Below, in pieces: positions 36,111-49,305 of a stretch of 64,000 bases of DNA. A program made the translations under genes and the position numbers. The notes under the pieces were generated by a model, which worked only from the letters and a program-made list of their open reading frames with translations, did no database searches and had not been told where the DNA came from. This stretch comes from Rhodosorus marinus CCMP1338 (lineage: Eukaryota > Plantae > Rhodophyta). Location: the NCBI GenBank assembly GCA_029953675.1, contig JAMWBK010000001.1:496001-560000 (forward strand). Reading direction: 5' to 3'. The first letter of the stretch is position 1; the number at the start of each line of letters is the position of its first letter.

Positions 36111-38230
36111 TCTCAAACTCGTTATAGCACTGCTCTTAAACCTGAAACCCTTCCTCTCCAACAAATTCACTAATCTGTATTCGCTCCTCAACCACTTCCA
36201 AACAGCTACCATCTTCCTCCCCCCCAACCGCGCCCACCCCTCCTGAAAGGGAAGCTGCTTATGTGCTCTTCGTCAGGCTGTGATGGTGCCAAAATACGCG
36301 AGTCTCCGCCGTGCCCTCAAAAATATTTACAAAATCAGGAATTGTTAACGTACCACCAAATCGCATCATTTTGCAGGATATTGGATTTTCAAAGGAAAAT
36401 TCATCTCCGTCCTCACTCCCTTTCAAATTCCCCCCCCCCCTTTCCGATCATGCACGCCACGATCATCGTGCCAGAAGATGTTTCTAAAAACTCTCAAAAT
36501 ACAATAGTTGACCACCACGGAAGCCCGTTCTGTAGCTGGTTGACCACCCCCCCTATCGCTATAGATAAATCCGACGATCCACAATAGGAAACTGCTTGAT
36601 TTCGATTTACAATTTTTTAAAAATTATTTTTGTCGTATCTTTTCGACGGATCTGGTTGGACAGGCCATGCTTTGGCTTGAATGCTAACGGAAAATTCGCC
36701 AGTATTTTTTTATGTGTTTTGAAGAGGTTTCCTTGCCCCCCTCTACCACGCCCCTTGAGGACTTCGATCAAATCGAAACGTCACAAGATCTACCCCTTGC
36801 CAAAATATTTAATCATCGCCTACCATATTTTGGGAAATAAATAGAACACGAAATCGGATATTTCTGTTAGAGCAAATTCGCGTTGAACAAGAAGTCCGTC
36901 CCTGAGGTGAACAGTTGGAAGCCAATGCGTGCTGCGCCAGCTGTCACAAATATTCTGATTCCGACGTGGAAGGACGGGAATGGGCTTTTTAGGCGATCTG
37001 TAAATGGAAACAGGGACTACAGCGGATATGAGGCAGCTGGTATAGGTAAGCTTCTCACTGTAGGTTGCAGGGGAACACCTGATAAGCTCAATACTTCGCT
37101 CGTTAGCACTGTCGTTGTTGACCGAGAATCAACCAACACCCCCAACCGTCTCTGGTTCACCTCCGCGGAGGAAGAATTGCTTTCCCGAGGAGCGAACATT
37201 CCGGAAAGCAATTCCAGACCAATGTGGATACGCCACGTTCGAACGCGGAAGCATAAAACTCAACGGAGAGAAGACCCGCGAATGATTCTCGCGATCGCGA
37301 AAACAGTCTCGAAATCCAAACGAGCGCCTGAACCTCTCAACAAATCGGAATACCTCAATGACTAGCTTCGCAAACCGGTGTGAAACAACGGGCTGCACCG
37401 TATTCACAATCGTGAGGTGCCTCGTGGGACACTAAAGTTCCGTACATAACCACCTTGTGGTGGCACATGACTCTAGCAAGCTGCGCAACCCTGATTCTGC
37501 GATTTTCCATCACTGTCTTTTATACACCATGTTTACAGTATTTCAGATATCTTAGTGTATAATCAGCAGTACTCGTGAGTTCAAAAAAAATAAAATTCAA
37601 AAACGGGCTTATATCGATAAACCGATAATATACGGATTATAAGAAGCAAATATTTCTATATTCATAAATTATACAGTATATACGTTAAAAATATATGAAA
37701 AACAGTAGATGGATACCATATTCTGATTTTTAGTGCGGAGGTTTAGGAAGACGAACTGAAACGTTTGTGTTTTATGAAGTTTTATACTGTAGTATAGAGT
37801 AGTGTGCGGAGTAAAAGATGATTAGTCTGCACGTTGTTGATCTTGTTCTTGAAGTTTGGGTTTGTAACAGTTGATGGCTGGTAGTGCTGAGGAGGGAGGT
37901 GGACGCGAGTTGGGTTTGGATAGGGCCTTTCTGGACTGTCTTGTGTTACTAAAAAATCTGTATTTGGTATCATTGGTTTTTTGGGGGTTCGTTTCTTGCT
38001 GTTCGGCCGTTGAACTCGAACTGAGGGAAACGGAGATCTGGAGGCTTTCCAAAGTCTGTGATAGGCGAACGTTGCCCTTTTTCGATGCTGCTTTGCTGCT
38101 GGTTGTATTTTGCGACTTGAACTGGAGGAAACGACGATTTTTTAGTCTTGAAAGTCTGCGACAGACGTGTACGTGCTTTTCTCGGTTTTGTGGGTTCGCC
38201 GACGTGGAGATTGGCTAGCTTTCTTTTGAA

Positions 38231-40113
38231 ATGGGTGCCGAGGACGCCTCGATTGAGAACGGTAGGACTTGGTTTATTTTTGGTATTGAGAGAATTGCCC
38301 TGGGGTGATGAATCTGTCTCAAAGGATAATTCGACGCTTCTTCTGTGAATTGCCGTTCTTTAGGTCCTCGGAGGAAGGAGATTGTTGTAGAAGACATTAG
38401 GGTGGTCAATGCTTCTGAGTCAGAGGATCCCAATGAGACGTTGCTGACGACTAATGTCGAGGGGGAAATGAGCATAAATTCGCTCGAGCCCGATGATACA
38501 GCTGTTTTGAAAGAGCTGCCTGCTGACGTGCACGAAACTATGCGGTCAAGTCCTCGTGTCAGGACGATCGACGCCAGCACTGAGTGGCTCGAAGACGATA
38601 TTAGAAAGAAGGAAACTTTGAGAAAGCGTCTTAAGGTATCTACCTTGACTGAAAATCATCTGTGTATGGGAAGAGCCTAGCAGTGTGCGCTGATCATGGT
38701 TCTCCTCACTCGTTTTTTTTCTGTGGAATCAAAAGCGCCTATGTGCTACTTTTGGGTGGTTGATTTTCATATTTCTAGGCGCGTGGACCGTGTTCTACGT
38801 CGTCTTCATGGTCTTCGTTTCGAAAGTTGACAACCTCGGCGCAGATGATTGGGGCTACTCGTTTGAGAAGAACGCCCCACCTGAGGTAAGGATCTTCAAG
38901 TACTAGAGGCTGGGGCTTGGCGTACGGGGAAGGGAGATCTTTCCCTCTGGTGCAAAACCTGCATTGCTGCGTCATTCACAACAATCTCAGCGATAAGTGC
39001 ACTGATCCCTTCACTGCCATGTAGTGGGCAAATCTTGGAGAGGCAAATGCAGAATGTGTATCGACAGCTCAAAGTCCAATCAGCATTTCGGTTTCGGATT
39101 CACTCGCTCGCGGGTCGAGCGCCTTTGAAGACCTCAGCAAAGTTACTAGAGTTCAAACGGGGCAATTTGAAGTGGAGTCGGTTGCTGGTAGGGGTCCTGT
39201 TTATAAATGTCTAGACACCGTTGATGTCAATGGCGAGACGATTATCTCCTGTGGAATTCTGCTATGGAAAACTGTGACCTATTACCTGTATGAGGTACGC
39301 AGTCAGCACGAAGAATAGATAACGATAAATTGAAAGGTGCCAGACCGTAGACCAGCTTATTGCTAACTCGGAATATTGTGCACAACAATTGCAGGTGAGA
39401 GCGCATATTCCCGGCGAGCACGTGGTGAGTGGGGAATCTCTTTCCTTTGAGATGCAATATTTCTTTCAGAACGAGGACGAAACTTTGAGAGCAGCAATAT
39501 CAACCCTCTACAATGCGTTTAATGCGCAGAACTTCACTGCCTTGAATCCGCTCTGGTACGTTCCGCATTTAGCGAGCGCGAGGGCATCAGTTGAACGTCA
39601 AGGCTAAGAAGCACCGTTTTTTTTTGGTTCAAACTTCGTTCTCTCTGATAAAGGTTTTCCCGGCTGAACGAGACTACAGTAAAGCGCTCTGACGAACGGA
39701 CTATCGAGAACATTCAGCTAAATTCTCTCATTGATCTAGACAGCGGGTATTTTCAGTACACCGGGTCGGACACGATTCCCCCCTGCGAGGAGAATGTTGA
39801 ATGGTTCATTCAGACGAACGTTTTCAGCGCGAGTCTTGACCAGGTATGAGATGAGAGATAATCTGAACCGCGGTCCTGAAGGAGCTGGTTGTGCACGGCT
39901 GCCGTTGTGGTTCGCCACTGAAACGCATGCATCTCTTACTTGGGTGGACCTACTCCTCCCGGACACTACTCAGCAAACGTGCTTCTTCTTCGTGTTTTCT
40001 AGGTCAACGCCTTCAGAAAGAGTATTGTGGGTTATCCCGGGAACCGCAGACCGCCCCAGCCATTGAACGGGCGAGTCGTCACGTTGTACGAAGAACTTGT
40101 AGGGGAAGGCTAA
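38231..40113 (+). CDS. Membrane-anchored alpha-carbonic anhydrase-related protein (Zn ligands partly lost), multi-exon
   Basis: Spliced by eye: acidic N-terminus, hydrophobic AWTVFYVVFMVFV, DDWGYSFEKNAPPE|WANLGEANAECVSTAQSPISI, YYLYE|VRAHIPGEHVVSGESLSFEMQYFF, GYFQYTGSDTIPPCEENVEWFI, GNRRPPQPLNGRVV; stop at 40111-40113. Confidence 0.85.
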
Positions 40114-43100
40114 GGATGCAAGCATTGAAAGGGAGTGGGAACTGCGCTCAGCCAAGTACTAACTAGGCAGCAGAACACGGCGAGACTAGAAAACTTGCTG
40201 TACAGATGACGCGTTGCTGTCACTGCAGGAATCTGACCACTGGAACCCATTGCATTGCAGATCACCCGCAATAGGACGATATCCGCATTCCTGCTCATAA
40301 ATGAGGAAATTCCCCCCCCCCGTGCGAGGCATGTATTCGTTCACTGTGTGAAGTCTTCTAGGAGGCATATCCCGGCTTGTTGAATCCTGCGTCGAAAATA
40401 TGCGGAGCTGCGTGGGGGCTACACTATGGTGTGCTCACCAGTCCTAGCAGAAACCTGAAAAAGTGAAACGGCAGTTTGGAAGCTTTGGCACAACGTGATG
40501 ATGGTTCATATGATTACCAGATGCTCTGAAGGAAGTTTGTTAGCGATTTTGATTAACTTTTAACTTCCATAGAAACTATTGAAATGGATAAAAAGTACTG
40601 GAGGAGTTTGCGAAGCTGCCAGCGATCAACATTCAGCCCTCCAACCTCCTCTCAGACGTTTGGAGAGGAAAACCCCGCAACCAAAAACGGTAGAACCAAG
40701 ACAAGAAAAGGCGAGGATCGCTGTGAACATTCAACCACGTTTCCAGGAGATCTCCATCTCTGGCCATCACTCCTGACCTGCACAAACGTGGAGAGGTGGT
40801 AGTTTCCAACTAGACAACATTTTTACAATATGGTTTGGTGAACTGTTTGCTTCATTTTTGTCCGATTTTTCTTCTGTTCTTAGTCCGTTCCTCACTGAAG
40901 AGCCACACGCTTACCTATCATCTCTCCATCACCGAAAAAAGAAGAAGAAAAGAATCCAGCTTCGGGCACCGAAACAAGTTTCCGAAAACAATTTACACGC
41001 CAATTGGCAAAATCCGCATTTGTCGTCTCCTTGTGGATTTGTTTTTGTGTTTTTCATGTCTCCGCCCAGTCCCAATTTTTTTTCTGATCACGAGGTCGAC
41101 CATTACCTTTGTCAGCAAACGAAAAAAAGAAAAATTGGCTGGGTGAGGATACGGACCCATATCCCTACCCCCCAATGCTTCAGTTTTCTACCATGCAATC
41201 CACAATATTTACTAGTCCACTATCACCACAATCGTAATTTTACTAGTCCACCGCCACTAATCTTTTAGATTTCCTAAATCTCTATCTCGAGACTAACCGC
41301 AGAGAACCCATCCCCACCAGTGGGATCTCATTCACTTTCTCAACTAATAATATTTTCACAAAAAATAGAAGAGTTCACTTCAGACAATACCCCTCCCACA
41401 AGCCCCTGTGATAACAACATTTTCCTCCAAGAAAGGTCTAGGTTTATACCATCCCAAACATTTCTGGGCACAAGCAGAGGGGACGGTACTAAAAACTCAT
41501 GAGAGAAATTTTCTTCGGTTAAACCAAAAACCAATATTACTAATATACTAATTTGTCAATATTTAATCCCGCACAAAAAATCAAAATATATTTTAGAGAG
41601 GATCTATTTGTTCACAAGACAAACGTTTCAGGTAAAAAAAAGAAGTGCAGAAGCGCAGGTGCTGGTGAAGAACCTCTGTTTACGACAAAGATGTGTCCGC
41701 GGCCCATTACGGCAGAGGGTTCCGCTTCTTGTAAGACGTCACACGTGTAAAAAGTCCTTTTTCAGCTTTCCCGATAGCCAAACTCATGAATATTGAATTG
41801 AAAAAAGTGTTTTTGCGAAGCTCGCATAACTTACAATCGGAGTTGACTATTTTTGCTAGAAACTACCCATCTTGTGCTAGAGCCTCCCTTACCTGAGACA
41901 AATTTACTAACGACATAATATTTTGAGAAATATTTACCGCTGGGTTCTTTTTAGCGATGAGATTGGACAAAAGTTGGATGAACGATAGAAAATTGTGATA
42001 GGTTGATTGGGTGATTGGTAAATTATTTTAGCTTAAGTAAATACAAAAATTAGCTTATTTTTATTTTACTGGCTATGGTAGGTTTTAACAAATAAAAGTT
42101 GGTTTGTTGTTAAGCGGAAGTTGCTATGGTGCAATCGGAAGCCTCCACAGACTTTTGACCTGGAAAAATTTAGAAAACTTCTGGACATTTGTAATACTAG
42201 CCAACAAAATGATACCCTTTTTTTCGGCTTGTTTGCCGGCTTTTTTTTTTTTTTTGCCGTTTCGTCTAGAGGAAGGTGCGTGTTTTGCGAGGCAGAAAAA
42301 AAACAAACAACGGAATCGCGGGATTGGGTATCATTCTATTTTTTTTCACTGCCAGTTGCGGGCAGTGTGACTCTTCGACGCGCTAACTGTTGTCAGTTAC
42401 GAAGTCCATCTCTCCCCATGACTGGAGGAGGTGAGCGTTTCATAGCGTTTCATTGGCGTTTCTTCGTTCGGTATCTTTCTTTTTTCCGTTGTGGATTTTT
42501 CTTTTTTGTACTCATGGGAATTTGGCTTATATACAATTTTAGCATTGAGTGTTCTATTGTTGGGACATAAGCGCGAAGCAATGGTTTTTCATTTGTATTA
42601 CTAAGCGACAGTTTCTTCTAGACAGGTCGTTCACTGATTTTCCAAGACGTTGTCGCAACCACAACCTTCGCAACCGCTCCCAACAACCCTTCGCTCGGCC
42701 TTCTCCCAACGTTTGGAATTCCAGGATATTAGGATAATCTCGATTTGCATGCAAAAAGAAGTTTCTCCACGAACGCGTTGAGAAGGAAGTTTCCTCTGTT
42801 CTCTTTCTTTTTTCGGAGGTGAGAACATGGAGCGCCCTGCTGCACGCACAATGTCGTGCAAGGAACCGTGCCGAAAGATCCTGAGGGTTAGAAACGCATG
42901 CCAAGCTGCTAGCTGGATTGGATAGAAAGGTGGCAAGCAATAGTTCAATGGAAATATAAAATAGGATTAGTTTACTGAACGGTGACAGCTCCTCCTTCAC
43001 TAAGGAAACTGATTCACAATAGATAGTACAGGGAATGATATGCGAAGCTTCGATCAAGGCGAAACACCAGTCCGGCTCAGCAGCGCTAGTGCTACCCTCA

Positions 43101-43163
43101 CCGGACTGGTGCGCGCGGAATCGGGCGATATGCCACACCAATCGATCTAAGAAAGTCAGTTGC

Positions 43164-43916
43164 TCACGATTGTGATGTAGGCAAAGACACTGTCTTCCCC
43201 TTCAAGAACCTTCTCGAGTTGGTCTTGGAGTAGTACCGACAAGATGCTTTCGTCGGACATGCTCCCGAGCAGTGCGTACATTCCCAGTTCACCAGTCTTA
43301 CTTCCCAGTCATCCCACTGACCGAAGATTTTCTCAATGCACGGTCTGCAGAAGACTTTTCTACAAGTCCCGTAGTTGATGTTTTTGCATGCTATTCTCTC
43401 TGCCTTAGGAAGCCTCCCACAGAAGTGACAGAACTTTGAAGGTGTAGCGTTCTTCCACCTCTTGAACTGTTTTCTCTCCGGAATAGGACTGAGCTCTGCC
43501 GTCCGGACTGGTTGCGGCGATAGTGCTTCTGGGGTTTCGTCACCCGCTGGAGGCGTCATTGCTCGGGGACTCACATCTTCCAATTCAAAGCTGGAATCCA
43601 TGCCGTCCAAACTTGCAGTTGAACCTCTCGATGAGTCCCCTGCGGAGAACATTGAAATTTTCTGAAGCACGGACGAGGTTGACTCTGATCCGAACAAAAA
43701 GGATTCTTCCTTCAAAATGTTCATCTCGTCCTTCGCGTATGTCTTTGAGGAGATCGACTCGGTGTCCAGTTCCAACTCCGTAGTGATGTCTTCCAGTAGT
43801 GCCGGCAGTATTTGAAACCCTGGCTCAGACAGAGTCCGCGGACATCGATCGACGTGCTTCTGAGGAAATCCAGTCCCGTGTAGAATCTCAGTTAACTGCT
43901 CCGCAAACAAATCCAT
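43164..43916 (-). CDS. Intronless zf-4CXXC_R1 (CDCA7-like) zinc-finger protein
   Basis: FCHFCGR..IACKN..CRKVFCRPCIEK..W..WECTHCSGACP...C follows a low-complexity Ser/Pro-rich N-terminus. Confidence 0.8.
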   Translation of the reverse strand: MDLFAEQLTEILHGTGFPQKHVDRCPRTLSEPGFQILPALLEDITTELELDTESISSKTYAKDEMNILKEESFLFGSESTSSVLQKISMFSAGDSSRGSTASLDGMDSSFELEDVSPRAMTPPAGDETPEALSPQPVRTAELSPIPERKQFKRWKNATPSKFCHFCGRLPKAERIACKNINYGTCRKVFCRPCIEKIFGQWDDWEVRLVNWECTHCSGACPTKASCRYYSKTNSRRFLKGKTVSLPTSQS

Positions 43917-46900
43917 CGTGTACCCGTTCCTTCCTCAACCAGTGAACCGATGAAAACTCCCACGTCTTCTTCTCCACTAGCAACCAAACATTTCAGCTTG
44001 GCTCTCCAGAGTCCTCGCCCACCTCCGCACCCCTCCCTGTCAAAGAGTTTCCCTTATGTAGTACCAGCGCCCTATCTGAAAAGCCGAGCGTGAGCTCAAA
44101 AAAAAAAAAAAAAAGGCGGCACAAATCGTGATGTCAGGAGAGTGTCCATCTGACGGATTTTTTTTTACAATATACAAACGAACCGGAGTCTCCAAAAACC
44201 CTCCCCACCCCTTTTTAGCTTCCGAACGAAAACTTCTGTTTCGTTTTTAGATGGGGGACAGATTTTCACGTCGACATTTCTAATGAGCCAAAACGGCAGA
44301 ACTTGATATAGGAGGGAGGGAGCCTAAAATTTTCCTCGGAACCGGAGCTGGGTATAAGTAGCAAAAATATTCGCAATAAACATGAACTATCGTTTTTAAT
44401 ATTTTACCCATTGCTACCACCCGAAATATTCACTTCAACATGATATCTTTTTCCATAAACATTTAACCGTTCTTTTACTTGTGTACTCTCCGAGGACCAG
44501 CCCCTACCCCCAAATAGAACCAACCCTGAGTCACAAGACCATCGAAAATCATGGATTTTCAGGAATGGAAGTTTTTGGAAATTCATTTGATTGGTGAAAA
44601 ACATGAGTAATGATAGAAACTGCAAAGGCTGTCTAAGATTAATAACAATTCAACTATATCGATCGCAAAATCCGGAAGCCATCTGGGCAAGTTTTCGAGA
44701 CCAATCTACTTGGGAGACCCTTTGAGCATTTTGTATTAGGGAACGATGGAAAAAAATAATTCATTTCCAAACCCCCCCCTGGAATGAAAAAGTGAAAATT
44801 GGGAGCATTGAATATTAGCAAATTACAATACTTTACCCCCTACTGAAAGTTGGGCTGTGAAAAATTATGTGTTCAATTGGCAATCTGCTTCAGGTTCTTT
44901 TCCCGTTGTTTTCATATTTCATGAGATAGAAAAATGCAAAACCCAACCCCCCCCCCGGGACAGATCCGTCGGATGTGAAACGTACGTTTTTACAAGAGCC
45001 GGATTTATGTCCATGTAGACCTCTCACGTTTAACGCATGGGACGGCGGGGGCCGGTTTGTGGGGGGGGGAGGAGGGGGGGAAGGGGTTTTTAAAACAAAA
45101 CAACTCGACCTGACTACAAAGAATATTTCCTTTTACAGGAATTTTTGTTGAAGTAGCGGAAAAAAAATGTTTTGGGGGTCCGTGAACAATAAATGAAGAT
45201 ATCATCGAAGTTTTGAAGACTTTCATTCAAAAATTGTGGGACATGCACAAAATTTTCGTCCTCGGCCAACACTGAATACGAAAATTTTGCCAACGGAAAC
45301 GAAAATGTCGTTTTCGTCCAATATCTCCGCTGCATTATTTATCGACATTATCCCGCTTTCCAAAAATCGAATCATGATGACGGAAAACACTTATTCTCAG
45401 GCCGTGGATCGGCGCAACTGCCTGAGAATTTTGTGCCAGCTCTCGCGGCAAAAAGCTCTTCGTGGACAAGTCGTTGTATATTTATAAACTATTCAATATA
45501 TCTCATCCCTCGAACTACCCAAATATAAAATAGAATTTGAACTTTTTGGGTTGGCCATCATGCAACCCCCCGCCCACTGAGGTTCCCTCAGATGTGAAAC
45601 TTACTTTTTAGAATTACTTGGATTTCTTTGGTGAATGGCGACGCAGACATGGAGGACGCATCTCGTTCACATCCAAACTGACAACTTACAGGAAATTTTA
45701 CAGATGAGTCGATGGAGGGGGGGTTGTTAGGACGAGAGGCCCCGCGTCTCTATGAAACCGAAAAAAGGATGAACGGACAATTCTCTCGTAATTGTAAACA
45801 CTAGTCAGTGCGGCTGCCGACTCACTTTCTTCCTTTTTTTTACGGTGCTAGTTGCAAAATGCGGCCTAAAAGCTTTGTTCCTCCCATGCATGTGGGGGGC
45901 CCTCATTCAATTTTTTTTCTGGGGTTAGGTTCGGCTGGTCCCAGCAAATCTCGTGAAAACTCATAGAAAATATCAATTCATGCCAACCTTTCTGGTCCAG
46001 CATTTAAGGATAAACCAAAAACACGATCAGTGGTGGATCCGATGTAGACGACTGGGAATATAATACTTGGGCGTGTGTCCAGTCGATTTAGACTTTTTGC
46101 ACCTGTTTGGGGTATGGATATGCATATGCAAGCAGTAGTAGCAAATTGGGAACTTTGATCATGGGTTTCCCGCGTTTGCGTTTCCCCAAAACGTGTGTTA
46201 CGCATCATCTCGATCAACTCCAAGTGGAGCGACTGCTCTTCTAAACCTTCGACCAACTCCAAGTGGATCTATAATTTTCCCAAAATTTCGATCAACGCGT
46301 GAGAAATGCTCAGCGCTACAGTGCTGGGTTAGGTTCTCGAACCCGGGATGATCCTAACCCACGAAGGCTTCCTTCTGAGGATAACTTGATCGTCCTTGCT
46401 TCCAACCTGAGGGGCCGAACCCGATTGCGGAAATCAAACACCGCTGTCCTGTGCCGGGACCATCAGAATGGATCCCTTCTAGCTCGAGCTGATCTGCAAC
46501 TTGCATGGCTTACCTTTTCTATTTGCAAGCCATTAAAACTATTGATTGGGAGGTTTTGGAACCCATTTTCATCCTCCCCTGTTTTGTGATAGCAAACGAT
46601 CAGCGTCTCGTCCTTGCTCGCAATGGGAGCGCGGTCAGAGATGAAACCGAAAAAGTCCATCATAGGGAACTGGACACGTCCATACGGCACATATTCCGAG
46701 AAGTCAAAAATGCTAATATCGTGAAGATTCAATGTCAAAACGGAAGATCATAGTTTTCGGGGGTTGTGTGACCGCTGGTTGTTGCACCCCCTATTGCAAC
46801 ACCCCAAAAACTCAAAAAATAAAAATATATTCATTCATCAACAGCTAGACAAGCAAAAAAAACTTTCCGAAGAAAAAAAAAGAAGAAGAAGGCAGAGCCC

Positions 46901-49086
46901 CCCCCCCAAAAAAAAAAATATTTTCGAGGCGAAAACGATGCCCTTTATTCACCAGTACACATCAGACAGATCTTATTCTACAACTTGCAAGAAACATTTT
47001 TTTCATATAAGCCCTATTCGGGACAGAAAAACCCTTTTCTTGATGAAATAAAATCACCTAACGTTTTCATTCGCTCTCACCGTTTTTTAATTAATTTTCT
47101 CCAGATGGACGCCCTCTCGCGACTTGGCCAAAATTTACAAAATTCACCTTTCTGATATTTCGTCCAAAAAGAAAAAAAATTACCTCGCGACTCTTGGGAA
47201 CAATTCTTCCGCGGTCAATTATTTTTCGTGGACTTTTCAGTTCTACAATTCCCTCAGTTCTATCAATTTTTACCATTGGGGCCGTCCGGCAGGAGCCAAA
47301 ATGTCTTTTTTCCGCACCCATATGCGTTTCGTAGCATGCCACGAAACCATGTTGACCTCCACCAACCAATTTATTAGGAGGCCTATTTCTAGATGAGAAA
47401 TATATCTATTTCTATGAGAATTTCTAAATATCTTATAATTATACAATATATTTCAATCAAAAATCCTTTATGATGAATATTAAGATCACTCCGTATTTGA
47501 ACATGGTTTTAATCTGTGTTGGATAGATTATGAAACCATCCAGCACAGATCCTAACCATATTCATAGTACGGGGCCGGAATGGCTCTCAAACTGGAAATA
47601 GAGAAGCAATTCGTGAATCCGATTCGGTTTTTTTAGTAGCTTCCGGTACTAACAGTTTATATAAAAATTCAAAAAACACATATTTTATTGCTCGAGATTA
47701 GATGCTGATTTGGCGGGAGCTCTGATGCCTTTGACAAATAGTTATCTATGAAAAACAATGGCCATGGCTTACTGACCAAGAAATGAATCGTTACCGTACT
47801 GGGGATAAATTCCTGCCTTTTTCCTTGCTCACTGATGTAGAAGTGTATTTGAGAGAATAGTGTTTTTGGGCTTTTAGAATCTTTAATGAATATAAACGAA
47901 CCTCAAGCAATTGCGAAAAAACTTTGGAGCTTTTTTCGCTTTGGGAGGCCATCCCTTCTAGGTTTTTTAGATTTTTAGGGAACTTTTTTTAAAAACTTCT
48001 CTGCAACCCTTTGGGTCCGACCGAGTTGTTCAAAACGAATGTCAAAGCTTGTGCTTGGTTGGTTTTTAGGGGGGCGCGTGTCTTGTAAGTCGCCCGACAG
48101 TAAGCATTTTGCCGTTTCGTGTATGCGGTTTTCTTTCTTCAACGTGATGGCTGTAACGGCTGCTGTGAAGGTGAGAAAATTTCGGTTACGGTTACGTAAA
48201 ATGTATCGACCTTTCGCCAAACTCTTCGAAAGGGAAGCGTCAACTCCACCCTTGTGGGAGTTCCAAGGACAATAACTACATAGCATATGGAAAAGGCTGT
48301 TCACTACTTTCCAATTCCCTACCCCCCCCCTCCCCCCTCGTGCGGAAAACCGGTGCACTTGTCGAGGAGGGTTTCTTCTCAGAGAGGTGTTGGATTTTGG
48401 TCGCGGCCCCCAGTCTCTGCCTGTTGTGGAGAGAAGACCTCCACAGTCTCCTCGACGCCTCCAAAACAAGAGTGGTTATTGCTAACAAATGGATCCCATA
48501 TGCAGGCAGGGATAACCCCCTTGTTTACCCTGCTCCTATCCAGCTATCACGGTCAGCCTAAACGAACCGTCCTTCGTCCCGGCCTGCTAAGAAGAAGTCA
48601 TTCTATCTTCCCTTACTTTCTATCCCGTAGCGTAGATTACTCTACCTATTTCTATCTGGTGAGGGGGGGTTGATCGCGCAAAATATGCTGATGGTCAAAC
48701 ACGGGAGTGTCCCCTTCGGAAGCTACCCCTCTTACAATCCAATCCTCGAGAAGCCCAAAATGCGGACGCAACCCTAGAATGCTGATGGTCAACAGCTATC
48801 AAACATCAAGTGTCCGAGAAACGTAGCACGGACAATCGAATCAGTAAAAAGAACCTTAGTGCAATCGCTTTTGGTGAATACAACTTTTTGTTAGCGACCA
48901 CGATGCAGCCGCGGAAAGTGATGTCGAAGTCCACCCTTCTTGTGGTCCATACATTTACTGAGAGCTATAGCACGACCTCGTTTCGCACGAAACAGGGCCC
49001 AACTAGGGACCCTACGTTGCGGCTTTTAGGCCAACCATTTGCTTCACTACCGATTTTAGGATCCAAGTCATATATGAAAATATAAA

Positions 49087-49305
49087 GACCCCAGGGCCGA
49101 ACCCGTGCGGAACACACAAACACCCCTCAAACACGCACAGATGAGCAGCAAAAGCGACCAACCATGAAGTTCATAACCGACTTTAGGAGCCAGGCCATAA
49201 ATGAAGAAATACCAAAAAAAAAGACCCCCCCCCCATGCCGAACCCGGCCGGACACACAAACATCCCAAAAAGCATCCACGGATGAGCAGCAAAATTCGCA
49301 TCGAC
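49087..49305. repeat. Two-copy degenerate tandem repeat, period ~135 bp
   Basis: gacccc..gccgaacccg..cgga.cacacaaaca.ccc..aaa...c.c..gatgagcagcaaaa occurs at ~49087 and ~49222. Confidence 0.75.

Noticed and set aside
36883-37407. 160-aa plus ORF and a minus-strand RLGVLVDSR string resembling LINE YLGV.LD
   Set aside because: It is a single weak motif without neighbouring RT motifs, and the plus ORF has a non-ATG start.
41141-41235. Hairpin followed by CTAG, suggesting a Helitron 3' end
   Set aside because: The CTAG lies ~40 nt from the hairpin rather than ~10, and no 5' TC end or Rep/helicase remnant was seen.
42554-43141. 195-aa ORF directly downstream of the zf-4CXXC gene
   Set aside because: It has a non-ATG start and no recognisable family. 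It is likely 3' UTR or TE debris.
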